Shown: positions 24,840 to 34,672 of the stretch, piece by piece
Numbering within the stretch: the first letter of the stretch is position 1
How the letters are laid out: each line of letters opens with the position of its first letter
Source of the DNA: Squalus acanthias
Lineage: Eukaryota
Length of the DNA stretch: 64,000 nt
Direction: 5' to 3'
NCBI GenBank assembly: GCA_030390025.1
Contig: CM059428.1
Location: 131,440,001-131,504,000 of the forward strand
Position numbers and translations under genes: made by a program
The notes under the pieces: generated by a model
What the model was told of the DNA's origin: nothing
Seen by the model: the letters and a program-made list of their open reading frames with translations, nothing else
Database searches by the model: none

Positions 24840-25560
24840 CTATATCCTTAATAATCTTGTATACCTCCAAGATCATCTCTCCGATAGCTTCTTTCCAGAC
24901 TAAAAAGCCCAAGATTCTCCAGCCCCTCCTCGTAACTCATACCCCCGACACTGAATCTTCACATCTTTCAGTTTAATTAATAGTCTTTTGTAGGGAACTT
25001 TGTTAAAAGCCTTTTGGAAGTCGAGGTAATCATGTCATAGGGCTTACCCACAATCTACTTGGGTCATCACCTCCAGGGTCAAGCAGAATCTTCACCTTCA
25101 ATAACCATGGTAATTATTGTAGATGATCCTCATGTTTACTCTTGGTAATTGAAGTAAAATGAGTGGGTCTGTAGGTGTTTGTTTTGTCCCTATTTTTGAA
25201 TATGGGCTCCACATTAGCCAGTTTCCAATGTTCTGGTACCACCCCTGTATTTAATGACTCCCTCATAATGATTGTCAATGCCTCACAAATCTCCTTCCCA
25301 GTATCTTTTCAACACCAAATTCCCTGGGGAGTTATCTGATTGGCCATTTCATTTGGAATGAAGTCATTCATTTTACTTGGATATTTTTTGTCTGGCAAGA
25401 GCATATTGCTCACATCTCTTGTAACTACATGGAAGTAGTCATTTAGAATATTTACTATTTTGTGCTCAACCTCAGTATCACACCTATTTGCATTATGATT
25501 GTCACATCTTCTCTGACTGCCCTCTTGCTGTTGTGGTACTGAAATAACTTTTTCAGTATC
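24840..25560 (-). mobile_element. Old CR1 fragment in the RPP38 5' intron
   Basis: Minus strand encodes YLDFQKAFNKVP (about 24990-25027), a CR1 RT motif. Confidence 0.65.
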
Positions 25561-25624
25561 CTTAGCTGCAGCTGCTATGCCTTTTTCAGATCTTTCTTTG
25601 CTCCTCTGATCACACCTTTGTGAG

Positions 25625-25920
25625 CCTTGGCTTCGTAATAGCATGCTCACCTGAGGCAGCAGGTCATGGGTTCAAGGCCCACTCGAGTCTTGAGCATGTA
25701 ATCTAGGCTAACACTTCAGTGCAGCATTGAGGGAGTGCTGTCTTTTGAACGAGATGTTAATATAAAAGATCCAGTGGCTGTATTCAAAGAGGAGCAGGGA
25801 ATTCTTCATGTGTCCTGGCTAATAATTATCCCTGGACCAACATCGCTAATACAGATTAGTGTTGCTTGTGATACCTTGCTTTGTCCAAACTGGCTACTTC
25901 TGTTTCTCTACATTACGTGA
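25625..25920 (+). mobile_element. Deu-domain SINE remnant
   Basis: tRNA-like head with GGTTCAAG box, then ACTTCAGTGCAGCATTGAGGGAGTGCTG core. Confidence 0.65.
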
Positions 25921-26593
25921 CTTATTGTTATTGTACTTAACTTATAATCTATAGCTTATTCCAAGTGCAGGCTTCGATTTTTTTTTAAGCATTAGTGATG
26001 TCTACCCAGAGTAGTTCATTTTGTAACTTTCTACCCCCACCCATACCCCTTTCTCAACAGGCACTACCGGCTTTCGGGGCAAGCACCAGGGCAATTGGTC
26101 GGGGCCCAGGCTGTGCGGTGCTCTAGTCTAAGTAGTAGTGGAAGTCATCCCAAGTGCGGGAGAGAACAGGGAGGGGAGGGGCATATGCCTTAGTCTCTGT
26201 CCAGATCCCCACAAGTCTAACGCCGGCGCTGTCAACAGAAAGCGATGCATTTCCATTTTAAAGATGCAAATTAACCTCAAATCAACTGCAAGTCCAAGTT
26301 CCACGGAATAAAAAAGTCCCCTTCCATCCGTACCCTTGCTCAAACGATGATAAATTTTGTACCTACACCTTCCTATACAACGAACTGTAGTACTGAAAAT
26401 TGTTGAAATTTAACATGGTAGATTATAAAATATTTATGTAGTATAGCCAACAAATGTTGATATTTTCATAATGCGGATTTCCAGGTGCTTTACAGTAACA
26501 GCACCTTTCGTTTTCCAGAGATATTAAATATACCACAGTCATCCCTAACACCCCAGATGTAATTTATGGTTAATTTAAAACCAGTACCGTGTA

Positions 26594-26781
26594 AAGAAAG
26601 ACTTGCATTTATATAGCGCCTTTCACGACCACCGGACGTCCCAAAGCGCTTTGCAGCCAATGAAGTACTTTTTTGGGAGAGTGTAGTCACTCTTGTAATG
26701 TAGGGAACGCGGCAGTCGATTTGCGCACAGCAAGCTCCCACAAACAGCAATGTGACAATGAGCGGATAATCTGTTTTAGTT
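26594..26781 (-). mobile_element. 3' part of a Deu-domain SINE with an L2-type tail
   Basis: GACTTGCATTTATATAGCGCCTTTCACGACC...CCCAAAGCGCTTTGCAGCCAATGAAGTAC; matches 45967-46150. Confidence 0.75.
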
Positions 26782-26870
26782 TATATAACAAAATAATCCT
26801 CTCGGGCCGGGAGCCTCTCCCCAAATGCTCGGGTGTGGGGTAAATGCTGCTGGCTGTTTTGCTGATTATT

Positions 26871-27100
26871 ACTCACCGGCCGGGTTGCAGAAACTGGCTC
26901 CCGAGTCAGCCAGGGGTGGGAGTGAGAGCTGTCCGTGCGCGAGCTCCGCTTGCTGCCAGAGAACCACGCGCCCCGCCGACACAACCTTCCAACCAGGTCA
27001 AAGGGCGACATCGACGCATGCGCAGGCACACGTTGGCCGGGACACCGCCCACTGGGCAGCGCGCGATGACATTGAGGGGTGCAAGCCCCGCCCCCTGCCT
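26871..27100 (-). promoter_or_regulatory. RPP38: RPP38 CpG-rich promoter and non-coding first exon
   Basis: Non-repeat CpG-rich patch; minus-strand donor CCG|GTGAGT at 26877/26876; NRF1-like CGCATGCGCA at 27015-27024; GC box GCCCCGCCCCC at 27085-27095. Confidence 0.7.
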
Positions 27101-27549
27101 CACAAACCAAGCAAAAGAGCAGCGGCCTAAAAAAAACTGCAGATCTGAAATTAAAACGGAACTGCTGCAAATGCGCAGCAGCTCAGTCAGAAGTAACTCT
27201 TCCGGGGAGAACCAAACCTCTCAAACTTCAAGCTGGAAAAATCAGAGTTACAATGCTTAAAATCAGGCACGTTTTCATTAACATGAATATTAAAATCACC
27301 TTATATTTTCATGTAAAACAATTTTATTTGCCTTAATTTACAAAAGCAAAATACTGCGGATGCTGGAAATCTGAAACAAAAACAGAAAACGCTGGAAATA
27401 CTCAGCAGGTCAGGCCTGCTTTCATTTGCCTTAATGTTGTGTTATAGTTTCCACAATTCCAAATACAAAATGCGCCCAATGTGTAAGGGAAGAATTTGGC
27501 ATATTAACATGTAATGTTAAATAGACAATTAAAAATGAGAACCAAACCT

Positions 27550-28150
27550 TTTCTGGTGGTAATAGCTGGATTACTCCCAATGCCACATGTGAGTGAGTAT
27601 AGGAGCAGTAAGATAAGGCAGGTTAATGTGTGGCTGGAGAAATGGTGCAGGAAGGAGGGCTTCAGATTCCTGGGGCATTGGGACCAGTTGGGGGGACCTG
27701 TACAAGATGGATGGTTGCACCTCAACAGAGCTGGGAACAATGTCCTTGTGGGAGGTTATCTCCTGCTCTGGGGGAGGGTTTAAACTAATTTAGCAGGGGA
27801 TGGTGCACCAGGATGAAGCATTAGAGAGGAGAAATAAGGTGCACAGAAGACTGGGAGAGACAAACAGCATTAGAATAAAGAGTCGTTCAGAAATAGGAGG
27901 GATCAGAGGGGAAATGCGAGACAGATTAGGATGAGTTTGGAGTGCATGTGCATAAATGCACGGAGCACGGTAAATAAGGTTGGTGAGCTGCAGGCACAAA
28001 TTGCCAAATGGGATTATGATAGAATGGCAATAACAGAGACCTGGCTCAAAGAAGGGGAGGATTGGGAACTTAATATTCCTGGCTACAATGTATTCAGGAA
28101 AGATAGGGAAGGAAGAAAAGGAGAGGGGTGGCAGTATTGATCAAAGAAAG
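27550..28150 (+). mobile_element. CR1 fragment spanning the ORF1 esterase end and ORF2 endonuclease start
   Basis: VNVWLEKWCRKEGFRFLGHWDQ...LHLNRAG and INARSTVNKVGEL...AITETWL...NIPGYNVFRKDR. Confidence 0.8.
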
Positions 28151-28519
28151 GATAAATACATGAAGGGGGAAAAATTGCAGGGCTATGTGGAAAGTACAGG
28201 GGAGTGTGACTAATTGGATAGCTCTTTCAAAGAGCTGGCACCTTTCTGTGCTCAATGACTATAAGTACTATGAGAGCACCTTCACCACATGGACTGCAGC
28301 GGTTCAAGAGGAAGGCTCACTACCACCTTCTCAAGGGCAGCTAGGGATGGGCAATAAATGCTGGCCTTGCTAGAGATGCCAACATTTTGAAAATGAATAA
28401 AAAATAACTTCGAAGGGAACCTGTTCAATTTTCCGTCCACCTTCAACAAGGCAGCACTCCCTCAATACTTCACTGAAGTGTCAGCTTAGATTTTGTGCTG
28501 AAGTCCTAGGTGTGGGATT

Positions 28520-30615
28520 TGATCCAGGAGCTAATAAGCCGCAAGCGCAAGGCATTCCTGATCTGGAAACAGCAACACAACTCGAGAGCAAGAATGCAGC
28601 TCTACAGACGCCTGAAGGCCGAGGTCCAACAAAAAAGCTCGCAACCTAAAGAACAGATGGTGGGTGGAGAAAGCGCAGGAGATCCAGCAGCTAGCCGACA
28701 ACCACGACGTGCGTGGATTCTTTAGCGCAGTCAAGACCACCTACGGCCCAAGCACCCAAGGTCCTACCCCACTGCGGGCCAAGAACGGAGAGGTACGGAG
28801 AGGTTCTCATCAAGGACAGAGAGGCAGTCAGTGCCCGCTGGAAGGAGCACTTCGAAGATCTCCTTAACCAAGACTGTCTTCCACGCAAGTGCCCTCAACT
28901 CCATCCTGCAGCATGCTGCCCGCCACCACTTCAGCACAACCCCAGGCCGGCATGAGGTTGAAAAAGCCATCCGACAACTGAAGAACAACAAGGCCTCAGG
29001 AGCAGATGGAATCCCTGCCGAGGCACTAAAGCATAGCGGAGAAACACTATTGGTGCGAATACATGAACTCATTTCTCTTATTTGGAAGGAGGAGAGCATG
29101 CCAGGGGATCTCAGAGATGCTGTAATCATGACCATCTTCAAGAAAGGTGACAAGTCCGATTGTGGTAATTACAGAGGAGTTTCCCTGCTGTCTGCCACAG
29201 GGAAAGTCATCGCAAGAATCCTCCTCAATTGCCTTCTCCCAGTGGCTGAAGAGCTCCTCCTAGAGTCGCAATGCGGATTCCGCTCACTAAGGGGCACAAT
29301 GGACATGATCTTCACCGCGCGTCAAATACAAGAGAAATGCAGGGAACAGCACCAACCGCTGTACATGGCCTTCTTTGACCTCACAAAGGCCTTCGACACT
29401 GTCAACCATGAGGGATTATGAAGTGTCCTCCTCAAATTTCGCTGCCTTCAAAAGTTTGTCACCATCCTCCGCCTGCTTCACGATGACATGCAAGCCATGA
29501 TCCTGACCAACGGATCCACAACAGACCCAATTCACATATGGACCAGGGTCAAGCAAAGCTGCGTCATCGCACCAACGCTCTTCTCGATCTTCCTTGCTGC
29601 AATGCTCCATCTCACCCTCAGTAAGCTCCCCGTTGGAGTGGAGCTAATCTACAGAACAAACGGGAAACTGTTCAACCTCCGTCACCTCCAGTCCAGATCC
29701 AAGGTCGTCCCATCCTCTGTCATCGAATTACAGTATACAGACGACAGCTCCCGCCACACAGTACTGCCCCCCGATTATCAAAATCCACGACGAGGCCTTG
29801 GACAACATGGACCACTTTCCATACCTCGAGAGCCTACTGTCAACAAGGGCAGTTTGATGACAAAGTCCAACACCGCCTTCAGAGTGCCAGTGCGGCCTTC
29901 GGTCGCCTGAGGAAGAGAGTGTTTGAAGACCAGGACCTTATACCTGGCACCAAGCTCATGGTCCACAGAGTAGTAGTGATTCCCGCATTCCTGTATGCTT
30001 CAGAGACATGGACCATGTACAGCAGGCACCTCAAAGCACTGGAGAGGTACCACCAACGCTGCCTCCGCAAGATCCTGCAAATCCATTGGCAGGATAGGCG
30101 CACCAACGTCAGTGTTCCCATTCAGGACAACATCCCCAGCATCGAAGCTTTGACCATGCTCAATCAGCTCCGATGGACGGGCCACATCGTCCGCATGCCC
30201 GATACGAGACTCCCAAAACAGGCGCTCTACTCGGAGCTCCGACACGGCAAGAGAGCCCCAGGCGGGCAGAGGATACGCTTCAAGGACACCCTCAAAACCT
30301 CCTTGAAAAAGTGCAACATCCCCTCCGACACCTGGGAATCCTTGGACCAAGACCGCACAAAGTGGAGGAGAAGCATCCGGGCAGGCGCCGAACACCTTGA
30401 GTCAATTCGCCGGGTGCTAGCGGAAGCCAAGCGCAAACAGCGGAAGGAGCGCACATCAACCTAAGCACCCCACCCACCCGCCCCTTCAACCACCGTCTGC
30501 CCCACCTGTGACAGAGACTGTAGGTCCCACATTGGACTCATCAGTCACCTGAGAACTCATTTTTAGTGTGGAAGCAAGTCATCCTCGGTTCCGAGGGACT
30601 GCCTAAGAAGATGAT
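28520..30615 (+). mobile_element. RTE-clade (BovB-like) LINE, 5'-truncated, disrupted
   Basis: KASGADGIPAE...GNYRGVSLLS...QCGFR...AFFDLTKAFDTV, QLRWTGHIVRMPDTRLPK and C-terminal CPTC zinc-finger remnant; frameshifts and a deletion just after YTDD. Confidence 0.9.
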
Positions 30616-30620
30616 ATTTA

Positions 30621-31310
30621 GGGGGGAAAATTGGGTTGCTTTGCGCCTCCCGTTAGCGCTCTAAGAGGGTGCTAACGGGGCGCAAAGCAACTTGTGCCTG
30701 GGCGCGGCACCGCCCACACCTCCTGCAAAATTCGGTGGGAGGTTAGCGGCGCCGCTGCGCTGCCGGCGATAACGTCATCGCCGTACGCAGCGCCCCCGGC
30801 CGCGATCTTCGGGAGCGCCCCCTGACTTACTGCCAAACGCCATGTCCGACAGGGTCAGGGGGGCCTACCTGCAGCTGGGGCGGCGCTATTTAAAGGTGAG
30901 ATGCGGGGTGGCCATTTTTGTTGCTGGCCGCCTGCCAGCACCTGCCTCCGCTCCCGTCCCCGGCCTCCTGACCTGCCCCCTCCCCACGGAGTGCCGGCTG
31001 CTCTCCAAGAGCCCGGCACTTCTCTTGAGTGCCGGGGTCTTTTGCCGGCACTCCCGATCCCCAGGGGCCCCGGGTCGTGCTGCGCAAGGCCCCTCCCCTT
31101 TAAGAAGGGGAGGAAGGCCTGCAATACTGCGGCACGTAGCGCCACGATATTGACTCGCAGCACCCCAAGAGGGATGCGGGGCACTTCCAGTAGCGCCCCG
31201 CTTCCCTCTTGGGGCGCAACCACTCAATTTCCGGTGCGCGGGTGCTAATCTTTTAGCGCCCTGGCGAAGTTAGCGCTGCCAAATGGGGCACGACTCAATT
31301 TTTAGCCCTC
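30621..31310. mobile_element. GC-rich MITE
   Basis: GGGGGGAAAATTGGGT and ACTCAATTTTTAGCCC termini; internal similarity to 21302-21896. Confidence 0.8.
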
Positions 31311-32190
31311 ACTGTTTAACAGCAATTCTGGTACTCCGTCCACCAGAGGGGGTATGGAACTGCTGCTCTTTATTTGATGCCACTTGTCAACAGGTTCTTT
31401 TGCTGTGACAGTAAATCCCTGAGCTTGATGACAGTGAGAAAAACGCAACCCCCCACGCCCGCCCCCCCACCATGTAACTTTAATTAACTTAACAACATTT
31501 AATTTAACTGCCAGTTTTCTCTTGACATAACTTTTTTTTACTTTCATATTGACTTACCTATTTAAAACAAAACAGCTTATGCTTCCAGGTAAATCTCAGA
31601 TTAGTAACTTTGCTGGCGTTCAGCACTTACTTATTGGTTAGCTCCTCCTAACTTATCAAGTACCTCTGCTGCACTTACTTTAAATCCTCTATGATATTGC
31701 GTGTGCTACAGAAATTGGATAGTTGGTATTATCCTTCCTAGTAAAGACTGCTACAAATCAGGCTATATCTCAAGCACTCTTTATTCAGTTTTCATAGGCA
31801 GGCCCAAATTCATAGGGAAAATGGAGTAAGTGTGCCTCAGGATTAATAATCTATCCTTTTATTGAGATTTGTTCCCCCTGGAAGTTGCTTGGGATACTCA
31901 TTGTGAGTGTTAGGAATGTGAATTTTGTAATAATATAGACAAAAGGCTGCAGTCCTGTGCTCATATTCCAAGGATGAATTCAACATACAGTCAAACGCTT
32001 GAAGATTTATTAAAGGTCAAATGAACCTGAACATACAACCAACACTGGTGGTTACAAAGGATGCTTTGCCGCAGAAGATACACACACTACAATCGGATGA
32101 GTTCAACCCTCCAGATGTATCCCTTCTTTACCTCCCAACCTATGGTTAAGAAGTCATTTCATTTATATTTTTTTTAGCTGCACTACTCCA

Positions 32191-33370
32191 TAGGCATGAA
32201 GGATGACTTGCTTCCACACTAAAAATGAGTTCTCAGGTGACTGATGAGTCCAATGCGGGACCTACAGTCTCTGTCACAGGTGGGGCAGACGGTGGTTGAA
32301 GGGGCGGGTGGGTGGGGTGCTTGGGTTGACGTGCGCTCCTTGCGCTTGGCTTCCGCTTGTCCCCGGCAAAGAGACTCGAGGTGTTCGGCGCCTTCCCGGA
32401 TGCTTCTCCTCCACTTTGTGCGGTCTTGGGCCAGGGATTCCCAGGTGTCGGTGGGGATGTTGCACTTTTTCAAGGAGGCTTTGAGGGTGTCCTTGAAGCA
32501 TTTCCTCTGCCCACCTGGGGCTCTCTTGCCGTGTCGGAGCTCCGAGTCAGAGCTTGTTTTGGGAGTCTCGTATCGGGCATGCGGACGATGTGGCCCGTCC
32601 ATCGGAGCTGATCGAGCATGGTCAAAGCTTCGATGCTGGGGATGTTGGCCTGAGCGAGAACACTGATGTTGGTGCGCCTATCCTGCCAATGGATTTGCAG
32701 GATCTTGCGGAGGCAGCATTGGTGGTACCTCTCCAGTGCTTTGAGGTGCCTGCTGTACATGGTCCATGTCCCTGAAGCATACAGGAGGGCGGGTATCACT
32801 ACTGCTCTGTAGACCATGAGCTTGGTGCTGGGTTTGAGGTCCTGGTCTTCAAACACTCTCTTCCTCAGGCAACTGAAGGCTTCACTGGCACACTGAAGGC
32901 GGTGTTGGACTTCGTCATCGATCTGCCCTTGTTGACAGTAGGCTCCCGAGGTATGGAAAGTGGTCCACGTTGTCCAAGGCCTCGTCATGGATTTTGATAA
33001 TCGGGGGGCAGTACTGTGTGGCGGGGGTAGGTTGGTAGAGGACCTTTGTCTTACGGATGTTTAGTGTAAGGCCTATGCTCTCGTACGCTTCGGTGAAGGT
33101 GTTGACGATGGTTTGGAGTTCGGCCTCAGAGTGTGCGCAGATGCAAGCGTCGTCTGCATACTGTAATTCGATGACAGAGGATGGGACGACCTTGGATCCG
33201 GACTGGAGGTGACGGAGGTTGAACAGTTTCCCATTTGTTCTGTAGATTAGCTCCACTCCAGCGGGGAGCTTACTGAGGGCGAGATGGAGCATTGCAGCCA
33301 GGAAGATTGAGAAGGGCGTTGGTGCGATGACACAGCCTTGCTTGACCCCGGTCCGTACGTGAATTGGGTC
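32191..33370 (-). mobile_element. Second RTE-clade LINE copy, inverted relative to the first
   Basis: ELQYADDACICAHSEAELQ, CPTCDRDCRSRIGLISHLRTH; closely matches 29525-30600. Confidence 0.9.
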
Positions 33371-34368
33371 GTGAATAATGACCAGATAAAAGAGATTATC
33401 TGGTCATTATCTCATTGCTGTTTGTGGGACCTTGTGGTGCGAAAATTGACTGCCACGTTTCCTACATTACAACAGTGACTACATTTCAGAATATTGGCTG
33501 CGAAGTGCTTTGGGACGTCCTGAGCAAGTGACAATTTTTTAGACAAATTTAATTTAGATGTCTCTCCCTGCCTGCAATGACTATCTTCAAAATGCATCAG
33601 GGGGTACTGAGCTATGTAGAGCAGGAAGGTTCCAGATTTGATCCCTGGCCTGTTCTACAGTTGGAGAGGCAGTAGGGGCATTACCACTGGCTTCAATATC
33701 CTTAGGTTAGAGGGTAAGAAAAAAATGCCAGGTTCACCGACTACTATCTCTTGGCACGTACTTGAATGTGTATGAGGTCGCTGGCTGTGATGGGATGAGA
33801 AAAAAATAGCTGGAATCCCATTTCTGATTGCTATCTAGTGGCATGTGCTCAATTGTGTACTTGTGGATGCCTGGCGCAGATGGACCCATTGACTGCCACT
33901 TGACATCAAGTAATCGCTATTTGGATGAGGTGCCAGAGGGTCGTAGCTCATGGAACCATACTTTACTTTGAATTGATGCCTACAAGAGAGGACAATTAGA
34001 GAAAATTGCAGAAATTTGTGCTGGTGAGCAAGTTGAACATGAGAAGGGACAGAATTCCAAAAGATGACTGTCTGAGAGACACTTTGAAAGGAGCAGCAAA
34101 GGTGGTTTTATCATACTAGTCGTTAAACAGTCATTCAGCAGTAAATCCCTACACTTACCACCAATGTGAACATTACAATTTCTTGCAGTAATATGAAGAA
34201 CATCTCAATTCATTTTAAATAAAATGACTCAGCTTCATTATTAATTTTTTATTTTTGATGTAGATTATTACTACAGACCTGACACAATATATTTAGTATC
34301 TTCTAAGGGACAAGCTTAAAATAAATCAAATCATGTCTAAAATGTAGATGTTTCTCTTTTCATTGCAG

Positions 34369-34433
34369 TTATGAATAAAGGAGATGCTACGAAAGCTTAT
34401 ATTGAAGGGATTCTAAAGAAATACAGGAAATGA
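34369..34433 (+). pseudogene. Putative orphan terminal exon of an acyl-CoA-binding protein (ACBD7-like relic)
   Basis: Good acceptor tttctcttttcattgcag, then phase-1 frame MNKGDATKAYIEGILKKYRK-TGA, resembling the ACBP/ACBD7 last exon (GMSKEDAMKAYI..../GLSTEDATSAYI....KYGI); position and strand match ACBD7 between RPP38 and OLAH; upstream exons not found. Confidence 0.5.
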
Positions 34434-34672
34434 AAGCCACTATGGATTAAGGAAACACATTGGTCCTGAAATTCCTGGAGGGTGGAACTGCAGTGTAATC
34501 CCATGAGGGAGCTACAATTTGGGGCAGAATGTGAATCTCCCATGTTTCCACTCAACATGTCCTGGGAATTGCGCGGTACAGATGAGAGTCTTTTCTTCTG
34601 CCCGACCCCTTACGCCCAAAGACACCCATGATGGTCCTCTCTACCATGCAATTCCCAGGACATGTTGAGTGG

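Noticed and set aside
34075-34145. ACTTTGAAAGGAGCAGCAAAGGTGGT as a remnant of ACBD7 exon 2 (FE.AA.EV)
   Set aside because: Needs a frameshift, lacks a convincing acceptor and the LYGLYKQ motif does not follow; could be chance
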